Source of the DNA: Nostoc sp.
GTDB taxonomy: Bacteria > Cyanobacteriota > Cyanobacteriia > Cyanobacteriales > Nostocaceae
Direction of reading: 5' to 3'
Assembly (NCBI GenBank): GCA_036918135.1
Contig: JBALDB010000038.1
Location: 1 to 64,000, forward strand
Length of the DNA stretch: 64,000 nucleotides
The translations under genes were made by a program, and so were the position numbers. Below the pieces are notes generated by a model. It did not search any database, was not told the origin of the DNA, and worked only from the letters and a program-made list of their open reading frames with translations. Of the stretch, positions 51,664 to 61,498 are shown piece by piece; position 1 is the stretch's first letter; each line of letters starts with the position of its first letter.

Positions 51664-54600
51664 CTACTCTTTAATCAAACGGTTGATTTCCTGTTGTGTG
51701 AATGGATTATTCCCAGCGCTCAAAACTTTTACCCAACCTTGGCGTTGTAATTTTCTTTCTTTATCCTTAGTCTGAGCGATGAATGCTTGAAAGTCTTCAA
51801 TTGCGCCTTTTGTGTTCCCTGTTAGCGCCCTAGCAAGACCGCGACTATCACGAAAATCACCATCATCAGGAGCAAGCGCCACAGCTTTTTTACAGGCAGA
51901 CAATACATCTTTTGCATGACCCCGCAGACTCCCTTGCCAACAAAGGTTGTTCCACAAATCCGCGTCAATTTCTTTATTGGGAGTGAATTGTTGAGCTTTG
52001 CTGTAAGCAACTGCTGCTTCTCTAAACTTACCTTCCTGCATAAGTTTACTTCCCTTATCATCTAGCAGCGAAACAGCTTTTGCCTTTAGCTCAAATTCAA
52101 GGCTAGGGTCTAGTTGCCATGCAGTTTGAAAAGCTGTAACAGCACCATTAATATTACCTACCTTTGCTAAATCCTCACCCTTGTTAACTTGATTTGCAGC
52201 TTCTACTAATGACTTTACTTTTGCCTCTGGGTCAAATTTTAAGTTGGGATTCCACTTCAAAGCTTTACGAAAAGTAGTAACTGCTTCTTGAGCATCACCT
52301 TGTCTTGCTTGCTCCTCACCTTGCCCGATCAGAAATGGCGCTGCTGCCATTAAAATAGGTTGATTTTGGCATACTGATAGTTTTTCCAAGTCTTGAGGAT
52401 GGGTAACAAAGTAATCGTGCAGCCAAGCACAACCTCTAGCCAACTGTTGATTTAAGCTTTCCACTGGCCACACCCTTGCTGTGTCGTCATCACTAGCAGT
52501 GACAATCAGCTTACTATTGGGGCTAAAACTGGCATTGTTGACTGAACCCTGATGCCTTTTGAGTTGGGCTAACAGCTTACCCGTTGTGTCCCACACCCTT
52601 GCTGTATTGTCAGTACTTGCAGTCACAATCAGCTTGCTATTGGGGCTAAAACTGGCATTGTTGACTATTCCCTGATGCCCTTTGAGTTGAGCTAACAGCT
52701 TACCCGTTGTGTCCCACACCCTTGCTGTCTTGTCAGTACTTGCAGTCACAATCAGCTTGCTATCTGGGCTAAAATTGGCATTTATGACTGAACCCTGATG
52801 CTGAAGTTGGGCTAACTGCTTACCCGTTATGTCCCACACCCTTGCTGTCTTGTCAGTACTTGCAGTCACAATCAGCTTGCTATCTGGGCTAAAACTGGCA
52901 TTGTTGACCGAACCCTGATGCTGAAGTTGGGCTAACAGCTTACCCGTTGTGTCCCATACCCTTGCTGTCTTGTCAGCACTTGCAGTTACAATCAGCTTGC
53001 TATCGGGGCTAAAACTGGCATTTATGACCCAATCCTGATGCCCTTTGAGTTGGGCTAATTGCTTACCCGTTGTGTCCCACACCCTTGCTGTGTTGTCAGC
53101 ACTTGCAGTCACAATCAGCTTGCTATCAGGGGTAAAACTGGCATTTATGACCAAACCCTGATGCTGAAGTTGGGCTAACTGCTTACCCGTCGTGTCCCAC
53201 ACCCTTGCTGTATTGTCAGCACTTGCAGTCACAATCAGTTTGCTATCGGGGCTAAAATTGGCATTTCTGACTGAACCCTGATGCTGAAGTTGGGCTAACT
53301 GCTTACCCGTCGTGTCCCACACCCTTGCTGTGTTGTCATCACTTGCAGTCACAATCAGTTTGCTATCGGGGCTAAAATTGGCATTTCTGACTAAACCCTG
53401 ATGCTTTATAAGTTGGGCTAATTGCTTACCCATTGTGTCCCACACCCTTGCTGTCTTGTCAGTACTGGCAGTGACAATCAGCTTGCTATTGGGGCTAAAA
53501 CTGGCATTGTTGACTGAACCCTGATGCCCTTTGAGTTGGGCTAACTGCTTACCCATTGTATTCCACACCCTTGCTGTCTTGTCAGTACTGGCAGTCACAA
53601 TCAGCTTGCTATCGGGGCTAAAATTGGCATTTCTGACTGAACCCTGATGCTGAAGTTGGGCTAACTGCTTACCCGTTGTGTCCCACACCTTGGCTGTGTT
53701 GTCATCACTTATAGTGACAATCAACTTGCTATTGGGGCTAAAACTGGCATTGTTGATTGAACCCTGATGCTGAAGTTGGGCTAACTGCTTACCCGTTATG
53801 TCCCACACCCTTGCTGTATTGTCAGTATTTGCAGTCACAATCAGCTTGCTATTGGGGCTAAAACTGGCATTGTTGACTATTCCCTGATGCCCTTTGAGTT
53901 GAGCTAACAGCTTACCCGTTGTGTCCCACACCCTTGCTGTCTTGTCAGTACTGGCAGTGACAATCAGCTTGTTATCGGAGCTAAAACTGGCATTGTTGAC
54001 TGAACCCTGATGCTGAAGTTGGGCTAACTGCTTACCCGTTATGTCCCACACCCTTGCTGTGTTGTCATCACTGGCAGTGACAATCAGCTTGCTATCTGGG
54101 CTAAAACTGGCATTGTTGACTGAACCCTGATGCTGAAGTTGGGCTAACTGCTTACCCGTTGTGTCCCACACCCTTACTGTGTTGTCATCACTGGCAGTGA
54201 CAATCAGCTTGCTATCGGAGCTAAAATTGGCATTGTAAACTATTCCCTGATGCCCTTTGAGTTGGGCTAATTGCTTACCCGTTGTGTCCCACACCCTTGC
54301 TGTGTTGTCATGACTTGCAGTTACAATCAGCTTGCTATCGGGGCTAAAACTAGCATTTCTGACCGAATACTGATGCCCTGTAAGCTGCGTCCGTTCTTGA
54401 ATCCCATCTAAAATTATTTGTAAAGCTAATATGGGGCTGGCAGATGGATATTGTTCCAAAGGGCGATCATCCTTAACCAATGACTGCAAGCCTTGTCCTG
54501 CACTCATAGCTGTGAGTAAGGCTTCTATTGATTGAAACTCAAACTGCTGTTGAGCTGCAACTCCCTCTCGCTCTAGCCTTGTGCCTTCTTGGGCTTCTTG

Positions 54601-55314
54601 AATAGTTTTGTTTGCCCAGGCTCCAGCTATTGCTGCTGATACCAATGTCAGAGCCAGCACGCCAAAACCAATGCGAACCATCTGTCTTGCCTGTTGTCCA
54701 GCTTTCATCAATCTTTGATACGCTGCTTCAGCTTCGCGGCTTTTACTAATGTAGTTCTTCTGCTGTTGGGTTGGTTGGGGTTCTTGAGCTGCACTAGAGA
54801 CAAGCCATTGCTCTGCTGCGTCTAAATCAGTTCCACGTAGCAAAAAGCTGTCGTTACGTCCCTTGTTCTCCCACTCCAGCGCCCGAATCAGCAAGCGCGT
54901 ATGCCCGCGCACATATTCTAAATTCGTATCAATTGCTTTAATTAGCTGGGGAAAAATAGTGTCGAAATCATCTTGTTCCCGAAAGAACAGCCAGTTGTGC
55001 TTGGCAAGGGCAGGGTTAACCTGCTCCATGTCGAAGCCTTCTCGCCGCACAATTGGCACGAGGCGCTTATTATTTTTGACTGCATGTTCAATCTCTTGAT
55101 GGCAGACTTTAGAGGCAATGGAATCTGGGCTAATTACAAAGACAAAGGTGTTAGTTGCTTCAATCCCGGCTTCAATTTCTGCCCACCAGTCGGCTGTCAA
55201 AGGAATATCTTTCCAGTCAACCCAGGTTTCACGGTTCTGAGCTTTGAGAGCGTTTTGGAGAGTAACGACGAACTCCTTGTCCCGGCGCGAATAGGAGATA
55301 AAAACGTCTGTCAT
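51664..55314 (-). CDS. TIR domain - TM helix - 16 WD40 repeats - TPR protein
   Basis: DVFISYSRRD and CHQEI TIR motifs, hydrophobic IGFGVLALTLVSAAIAGAWA, 16 HQ...VW repeats, C-terminal TPRs (DSRGLARALTG). Confidence 0.92.
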   Translation of the reverse strand: MTDVFISYSRRDKEFVVTLQNALKAQNRETWVDWKDIPLTADWWAEIEAGIEATNTFVFVISPDSIASKVCHQEIEHAVKNNKRLVPIVRREGFDMEQVNPALAKHNWLFFREQDDFDTIFPQLIKAIDTNLEYVRGHTRLLIRALEWENKGRNDSFLLRGTDLDAAEQWLVSSAAQEPQPTQQQKNYISKSREAEAAYQRLMKAGQQARQMVRIGFGVLALTLVSAAIAGAWANKTIQEAQEGTRLEREGVAAQQQFEFQSIEALLTAMSAGQGLQSLVKDDRPLEQYPSASPILALQIILDGIQERTQLTGHQYSVRNASFSPDSKLIVTASHDNTARVWDTTGKQLAQLKGHQGIVYNANFSSDSKLIVTASDDNTVRVWDTTGKQLAQLQHQGSVNNASFSPDSKLIVTASDDNTARVWDITGKQLAQLQHQGSVNNASFSSDNKLIVTASTDKTARVWDTTGKLLAQLKGHQGIVNNASFSPNSKLIVTANTDNTARVWDITGKQLAQLQHQGSINNASFSPNSKLIVTISDDNTAKVWDTTGKQLAQLQHQGSVRNANFSPDSKLIVTASTDKTARVWNTMGKQLAQLKGHQGSVNNASFSPNSKLIVTASTDKTARVWDTMGKQLAQLIKHQGLVRNANFSPDSKLIVTASDDNTARVWDTTGKQLAQLQHQGSVRNANFSPDSKLIVTASADNTARVWDTTGKQLAQLQHQGLVINASFTPDSKLIVTASADNTARVWDTTGKQLAQLKGHQDWVINASFSPDSKLIVTASADKTARVWDTTGKLLAQLQHQGSVNNASFSPDSKLIVTASTDKTARVWDITGKQLAQLQHQGSVINANFSPDSKLIVTASTDKTARVWDTTGKLLAQLKGHQGIVNNASFSPNSKLIVTASTDNTARVWDTTGKLLAQLKRHQGSVNNASFSPNSKLIVTASDDDTARVWPVESLNQQLARGCAWLHDYFVTHPQDLEKLSVCQNQPILMAAAPFLIGQGEEQARQGDAQEAVTTFRKALKWNPNLKFDPEAKVKSLVEAANQVNKGEDLAKVGNINGAVTAFQTAWQLDPSLEFELKAKAVSLLDDKGSKLMQEGKFREAAVAYSKAQQFTPNKEIDADLWNNLCWQGSLRGHAKDVLSACKKAVALAPDDGDFRDSRGLARALTGNTKGAIEDFQAFIAQTKDKERKLQRQGWVKVLSAGNNPFTQQEINRLIKE
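52468..54390 (-). repeat. 16 near-identical 120/123-bp WD40-coding repeats
   Basis: Recurrent tcccacacccttgctgt...caatcagcttgctat..ggctaaaa.tggcatt blocks. Confidence 0.95.
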
Positions 55315-55464
55315 GTGATTTGCTCAGTCTGGGTCTAGGTTACTAAGTAGGAGGCAGGAGGCAGAAGGTAAAACTCTCAATAGTAAAAGGTTTCGCTAGT
55401 TTGGATTTTACATTTAATTATGTGCGCTTACTTATAATGTCTGTTTTATTTTTTCTTGACAACT

Positions 55465-55933
55465 GCGATCGCACCAAACAAAAACAAACCCTGAAGCCGC
55501 TACCGCCAACCCTAGAGCGGCTACCATCAACTCTGCATCTAATCTTTAAAAATGGCATCAAAGAGCGATGCCTGCGGCGGGCTACACCAACACTCTTTTC
55601 ACAGATTGCTTCGCTTGCAATAAGTTTTATAATTAAGCGATCGCACCAAACAAAAACAAATCCAAAAGCCGCTACCGCCAACCCTGGAGCCACTACCATC
55701 AACCCAAAAGCCGCTTTTGCCAACTCTGAAGTCACTACCGTCAACCCAAAAGCCACTCCCACCAACCCTGAAGCCACTACTGTCAACCTTGAAGTCACTC
55801 CCGCCAACTTTGAAGCCACTACCGTCAACCCAAAAGCCACTACCGCCAACCCAAAAGCCGCTTTTGCCAACTCTGCATCTAATCTGAAAAAATGGCATCA
55901 AAGAGCGATGCCTGCAGCGGGCTACGCCAACGC
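55465..55933. repeat. Two HIP1-bounded cassettes with 2 and 10 copies of a 21-bp unit
   Basis: 55465-55593 and 55637-55933 share leader and trailer; units such as aacccaaaagccactaccgcc (55659-55868). Confidence 0.9.
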
Positions 55934-55966
55934 TTAGGGACTGATATCATGTCCAAATAATTCTTG

Positions 55967-56743
55967 TTAATAAGTACTATCACTGGATTCATCCTGGACA
56001 ATCGTTAAACCCAAAGCTTTATAAGCAGTTAGTATCTTATTAGATACTGTTGGTGCAGTTACCAGATAAGTTAGTGCATGAATCGACTCGACTACATAAG
56101 GAGCAGCTGTGTCTAACTTCTCTGCTGTCGCTAATCCAACGACTTCCGCTGCTCCAGCAATCATTGCTCGTTTAACATGGGCTTCTTCTAAATTCGGCAC
56201 ACTAATACCAACTTCTGGGTGCAGACTACATACGCCCAACATGCACAAATCTGCACGAATCATCCGTAATGCCTCAATTGTAGCTGCACCAACGTTTACC
56301 AAAGCTTTTTTGTAGAGTTGTCCGCCCAACATCACAACTTGAATGTGGGGATGCTCTGCTAACGCAACGGCGATTGGAGGACTATTTGTGACGATTGTCG
56401 CTTGTAAATCCAAGGGTAAATGATGGGCTACTTGGAGAGTTGTCGTACCGCCATTTAAAATTACCACTTGCCCGGTACAAATCAATTTTGCAGCCGCACG
56501 AGCGATCGCTTCTTTCTCTTTTGGTGCTTGTTTCTGCCGATCTGCATAACTGGCGATCGCTGGAGAAGTCAAAAGCGCTCCGCCATGAACGCGTTGTAAA
56601 AAACCAGATTCGGCTAATTCTCGCAAATCCCGACGAATCGTATCCTCAGAAACCTTTAGCACGGCACTAAGTTCCGATGACAGCACCTTTTTATCACGAC
56701 GCAGAATTTCTAAGATGAATTGTCGCCGCTCTGCCGTCAGCAT
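55967..56743 (-). CDS. DeoR/GlpR-family regulator
   Basis: ERRQFIL, VSEDTIRRDL HTH, GGTTT, TNS; likely start MLTAE at 56743. Confidence 0.92.
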   Translation of the reverse strand: MLTAERRQFILEILRRDKKVLSSELSAVLKVSEDTIRRDLRELAESGFLQRVHGGALLTSPAIASYADRQKQAPKEKEAIARAAAKLICTGQVVILNGGTTTLQVAHHLPLDLQATIVTNSPPIAVALAEHPHIQVVMLGGQLYKKALVNVGAATIEALRMIRADLCMLGVCSLHPEVGISVPNLEEAHVKRAMIAGAAEVVGLATAEKLDTAAPYVVESIHALTYLVTAPTVSNKILTAYKALGLTIVQDESSDSTY

Positions 56744-57058
56744 AGAAGGTTTTTCATGAAATTGCATATTTGCCCTTGAAATTGCACGTTTGTGAGTTTA
56801 TACTTATAGCTATGCGGATCGTTGCATATTTTTCCTTGGGTTTAAATAGATTCAAGCATATTCGTGCATAAGGTAGAGTTCAACGATTTTAGCCGATCCC
56901 TCGTAGTAACGGAAGCCTCTAAGCTACATGATTCCTCGTAGACCACTCGTTAATCAAAAGGATGGAACAACTTAAGCAAAAACACATTTAATTCGTGCGA
57001 TCGCTAACGTTGGTTGTCGATAGTCATCAATCCACATTTCAAATAAAAGGCATAAAAC

Positions 57059-58972
57059 ATGACAGTTACTAATACGCAATTTCCCATTAATCTCGGTGCT
57101 TATAAACGTCTGGCTCTCAATCCGGCAAATCCAACTCTCACAGACGAGCAAAGAGAAATCCTCAAAGCCAACATTCAACTGTGCCGGGATGCGATCGTGC
57201 TATTTACTGCCACTGGTGCTGCCAGAGGAGTAGGCGGTCACACTGGTGGCCCTTACGACACAGTACCAGAAGTGATGATTCTCGATGCGTTTTTTCGGGG
57301 AGCAGCCGATAAATTTGTGCCAATTTTCTTTGATGAAGCGGGACATAGAGCTGCAACTCAGTACTTGATGGCAACCCTAGATGGTGAGTTAGAAGCCGAC
57401 CAACTTCTACACTATCGTGAGGCACACTTTGCCTTACCAGGACATCCCGAACTAAAATTAACTCCTGGTGTGAAGTTTAGTACTGGACGATTAGGGCATA
57501 TATGGCCTTACGTTAATGGTGTGGTTTTAGCAAATCCTGGTAAAGTAGTTTTCTGTCTTGGTTCTGATGGCTCGCAGCAAGAAGGCAACGACGCGGAAGC
57601 CGCTCGCTTGGCTGTTGCTCAACATCTCAACGTCAAGTTAATCATTGATGATAATGATGTCACCATTGCCGGACATCCATCCAAATATCTACCTGGTTTT
57701 ACAGTCGCTAAAACTTTAGAAGGTCACGGATTAAAGATACTAGAAGGAGACGGGGAAGACTTAGACGATTTATATCGTCGCCTTTGCGAAGCAGTAAATA
57801 CTCCCGGGCCCATCGCTCTAATCAACAAACGCCCCATGTGTCCTGGTATTGAAGGGTTAGAAGGCTCCACTCACGGTCATGATGTCATTCCAGTAGACTT
57901 GGCGATTAAATATCTCGAATCACGCGGACATACAGCTGCTGTCGAATGTTTGAAAAACATTGAAAAACCCAAACAAAGCTATACTTTTGTTGGTTCTGGC
58001 GATAAATGGGGCGCTAACCGCAATGTATTTGGTGAAGCAGTGGTTGATGTCTTAAGCCGGATGAGTGAAACGGAACGCAAGCAAAACGTCATGGTCATCG
58101 ACAGCGATTTAGAAGGTTCCTGCGGACTCAAGAAAATTCATGATACATACCCGGAAATTTTTATTTCCTCTGGAATTATGGAACGGGGTAACTTCTCTGC
58201 AGCTGCTGGGTTTGGCATGGAGGAAGGAAAGCAAGGAATTTTTGCAACTTTTAGCGCTTTCTTAGAAATGTGCATCTCAGAAATTACAATGGCACGGCTG
58301 AACTACTCGAATGTTCTTTGCCACTTTTCCCACGCAGGTATCGATGACATGGCAGATAACACCTGCCACTTCGGTATAAACAACATGTTTGCTGACAACG
58401 GCTTGGATGATGGCCAACCAACACAGCTATTCTTTCCCGCAGATACTAATCAGATGAAAGCTTGTGTAGACGCTGTGTTTTTTGAGCCGGGGCTGCGGTT
58501 CATTTTCTCCACTCGTTCTAAAGTGCCGAATATTCTTGACAGTAATGGTAACGACTTGTTTGCTGGTGACTATAAATTTACCCCTGGTAAAGATGAGGTG
58601 ATTCGAGAAGGGACACAAGGCTATATCATTAGTTTTGGTGATGCTCTGTACCGTGCCGTCGATGCAGTGGAACGTCTCAAACAGGAAGGATTGGATGTAG
58701 GTTTGATTAATAAACCAACCTTAAATGCTATTGATGAAGAAGCGATCGCAAAAGTCGGTAAAGCTCCTTTTGTCCTTGTAGTAGAAGCATTCAATCGCCG
58801 AACCGGATTAGGTAGCCGTTTTGGTTCTTGGCTGTTAGAGCGCGGGTTTACTCCTAAATACGCTCATCTTGGCACTCATAAAGAAGGTTGCGGTGGTTTA
58901 TGGGAACAGTATCCATATCAAGGCATCGATCCAGTGAGTATAATCAACAAGGTTAAAGACTTAGTTAAATAA
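57059..58972 (+). CDS. Transketolase-family ThDP enzyme
   Basis: GGHTGG, LPGHPE, SDGSQQEG..DDN ThDP motif, FSAF, SHAG. Confidence 0.85.
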   Translation: MTVTNTQFPINLGAYKRLALNPANPTLTDEQREILKANIQLCRDAIVLFTATGAARGVGGHTGGPYDTVPEVMILDAFFRGAADKFVPIFFDEAGHRAATQYLMATLDGELEADQLLHYREAHFALPGHPELKLTPGVKFSTGRLGHIWPYVNGVVLANPGKVVFCLGSDGSQQEGNDAEAARLAVAQHLNVKLIIDDNDVTIAGHPSKYLPGFTVAKTLEGHGLKILEGDGEDLDDLYRRLCEAVNTPGPIALINKRPMCPGIEGLEGSTHGHDVIPVDLAIKYLESRGHTAAVECLKNIEKPKQSYTFVGSGDKWGANRNVFGEAVVDVLSRMSETERKQNVMVIDSDLEGSCGLKKIHDTYPEIFISSGIMERGNFSAAAGFGMEEGKQGIFATFSAFLEMCISEITMARLNYSNVLCHFSHAGIDDMADNTCHFGINNMFADNGLDDGQPTQLFFPADTNQMKACVDAVFFEPGLRFIFSTRSKVPNILDSNGNDLFAGDYKFTPGKDEVIREGTQGYIISFGDALYRAVDAVERLKQEGLDVGLINKPTLNAIDEEAIAKVGKAPFVLVVEAFNRRTGLGSRFGSWLLERGFTPKYAHLGTHKEGCGGLWEQYPYQGIDPVSIINKVKDLVK

Positions 58973-59251
58973 CAGAACTTACGCACAAAGATTGTCTGTT
59001 AAGACTAAGTCTAAGGGTGTAAGGTTTCCCTCCCCTACACCCTCACATCCTAAGTTTATTGGTAATGTATTCACCTTTTCCAGTGCTATATAGCAGTACA
59101 TCAGAAGACAACTGCTATATCAAAAGTTTTCAAGCGGTAATATCTAACACGTTCTCCTGACTTAAGTGGTCGCTGAGATCCTCACAATTCCTCTGACATA
59201 CGGACTACAATTTTGGTAAAAGGTGGAAATTCAGACTAAGGCAATCAAACG

Positions 59252-60343
59252 ATGGCAATATGTGAGGCTAGTGTCGGTATCTTAATTATTGTCATTGTGT
59301 CGTTTGATGTGTTTCAGGCAGTTATCGTTCCTCGTCGTTCGCCGCGCACGTTTAGAATTTCATCGCTGCTCATCAGATTATTCTGGTTGCCGTGGCGACA
59401 ATTGAGTTTGCACACTGGTAAGCGGCAGGAGTATTTATTGGGAGTATTCGCGCCCTTGTCTTTAATGCTGCTGCTTACGGTTTGGGTGATTGCATTAATC
59501 GTTGGGTATGGACTGATCCTGTACGCTTTGCAAGACTCCATCCAACCTGCAATTCGAGATTTTGGTAGCGCTCTTTATGTGGCAGGAACCTCACTGTTCA
59601 CCCTTGGGTTTGGCGATTTTGTCGCCTCTGGGATTGCGCGGGTGGTAGTGCTGACGGCAGCAGGATCGGGATTAGCAGTGATGTCGCTGACGATCGCGTT
59701 TTTATTCTCACTCTACAGTTCTTTACAGCATCGTGAAGCTTTTGTCAATCTCGTGGAGGCGCGGGCTGGCAGTCCTCCATCGGGGGTGACGTTGTTGGAA
59801 ACTTATACTCGGTTAAAGATTCTCGACCAACTGCCTCGTGACATTGGTGATTGGGAAGTTTGGGCAGCAGAAATTTTAGAGAGCCATCGTGCCTATCCCA
59901 TTCTCTCGTTTTTTCGCTCGACTTTGGAAGATGATTCCTGGATTAGTACACTTGGTGCAATGCTCGACGCTTGTACGCTGTTGCTCACTACTGTGCAAAC
60001 CGAGCATAGTGGTCGAGCGTATTTGATGCACCGAATGGGCTGTCGTATTGTTCTGGATCTACATCACTTGTTTCAACTTCCCCTAGCAGATATACTCGAA
60101 GTCGATCGCGAACAATTTGAGCAGTCACGAGCAAGTTTAACGCAGGCTGGTTTTATACTAAAGGATGCAGAATCGGCATGGCAACAGTTTGTAGAGATGC
60201 ATTCCGCTTACAGCAGCTTACTTAACACCTTAGTTAAATACTTCGCTACCGAACCGCCCTTATGGACTCATCATACTTTCCCTGCACCTCATCCGCTTAC
60301 TAAACGACTTCCCAAGAAAAGGGGTTCGCGCTCGTCTCTGTGA
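59252..60343 (+). CDS. Potassium-channel family protein
   Basis: TM helices around a TLGFGD filter plus a soluble C-terminal domain. Confidence 0.8.
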   Translation: MAICEASVGILIIVIVSFDVFQAVIVPRRSPRTFRISSLLIRLFWLPWRQLSLHTGKRQEYLLGVFAPLSLMLLLTVWVIALIVGYGLILYALQDSIQPAIRDFGSALYVAGTSLFTLGFGDFVASGIARVVVLTAAGSGLAVMSLTIAFLFSLYSSLQHREAFVNLVEARAGSPPSGVTLLETYTRLKILDQLPRDIGDWEVWAAEILESHRAYPILSFFRSTLEDDSWISTLGAMLDACTLLLTTVQTEHSGRAYLMHRMGCRIVLDLHHLFQLPLADILEVDREQFEQSRASLTQAGFILKDAESAWQQFVEMHSAYSSLLNTLVKYFATEPPLWTHHTFPAPHPLTKRLPKKRGSRSSL

Positions 60344-60539
60344 TTGCTTCTAGCAATCACCAAATCAATCTCAAATCATTTGACTGCTTTTAAGGTGGAG
60401 AAGCTGATGTTAGCTCTATTTAGCATAATCCCAAATATGCATCGCCCAACGCCCTTTTCCAATCAACGCTAAAAAATCAAGCCACATTTAGCTTATCCTG
60501 AATCCCCAGAGAGTTAAGCTGGGTAAAAAACCTACCATC

Positions 60540-60839
60540 ATGAAATTATTATAAATTGCAGAAGACCCAAAAAAAGTGCTTTGGGAAATGATGACTAGTT
60601 TTAGTGAGAGAGTCTGGTTAGCTAGGTGGACTTCAGGTTTAGAATTCTTGCTATGGTAAAAAATCAGATCGTGTTCAGATGACTTGACCTTGAGAGAAAT
60701 TGCAGATTTTAATTTCTACACTGGACTAGCAGGTGGTTGGTGGGTCTGGGATAAAAATCAAAAATCTGAAGTATTTATAACTTTTAAAGAATGACTAAAA
60801 CTTTATAAATCCTATAAAGCTAGTCAGTGTAAGCTCTAA
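60540..60839 (+). pseudogene. Pseudogene of a small Trp-rich hypothetical protein
   Basis: One 100-codon ATG..TAA frame with in-frame stops at 60552, 60657 and 60792. Confidence 0.55.
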
Positions 60840-60907
60840 CAGAAAAATTTCTGATGCTAATTATGAAAGTTATTTGCATATTAGATTAATAGTCTAATCT
60901 AATTCAT

Positions 60908-61081
60908 ATGCTTTCTTTCGCCGCTCATCCTCAAACTAAAAATAATCTTCTCAAACTTGTGAATGGAGATAATCAACTGTGCCAAAGATTGATTAATAAT
61001 ATCAAAAATCAATATCCGGAGAAACACGAACAATGGTGTTATGAAAAAGCTATCAATGATTTAATCAAGGATAGACGTTAG
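60908..61081 (+). CDS. 57-aa small protein absent from the ORF track
   Basis: MLSFAAHPQTKNNLLKLVNGDNQLCQRLINNIKNQYPEKHEQWCYEKAINDLIKDRR. Confidence 0.6.
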   Translation: MLSFAAHPQTKNNLLKLVNGDNQLCQRLINNIKNQYPEKHEQWCYEKAINDLIKDRR

Positions 61082-61498
61082 AAAAAGGGTGTAGGGGATA
61101 TTCCTTTTTCATGCATGGCGGTGAAACTTGTTTCATAAAGACTGCCTTCTGCCTCCTGCCTCAAAACCTGTAACTTTGTACCTCATGTAAAAGAAAAGTG
61201 CTGTATCAAGTAAGCTTTTAATTCTAATAAGTCTCTATCTTGAGAATCTAATCTTTATCATTACTATTTCTCGCCAGTTGTCGAGGTTGTCGAGTTGTAT
61301 TCATGAACTGCAATCCCAAAAAGCTAAATTTACAAATCATGTATGTGGAGTATGGTATTAGGTTACAGTAGCTGAAATTCTGGGATTAGTTACTAACCGA
61401 GTGTAACCACGAGTGTAAGATTAGCTTTCTGTTGAGTAGTTTTGAGTGCCTGTATAGGGACTTTCTTTGTAAGACCCTAAGGCTCATCTGGTGTCAAT

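Noticed and set aside
52468..54390. Diversity-generating retroelement target
   Set aside because: No reverse transcriptase or template repeat is in the window, and no adenine-specific template/variable pair is evident; repeat shuffling explains the pattern.
55659..55868. CRISPR array
   Set aside because: The 21-bp units abut each other with no unique spacers, and no cas genes are present.
55401..55937. 178-, 150- and 100-aa ORFs as real proteins
   Set aside because: They are open in several frames on both strands because of the stop-free 21-bp repeat.
60792..60794. Selenocysteine or readthrough TGA
   Set aside because: Two TAA stops interrupt the same frame, so pseudogenisation is the simpler explanation.
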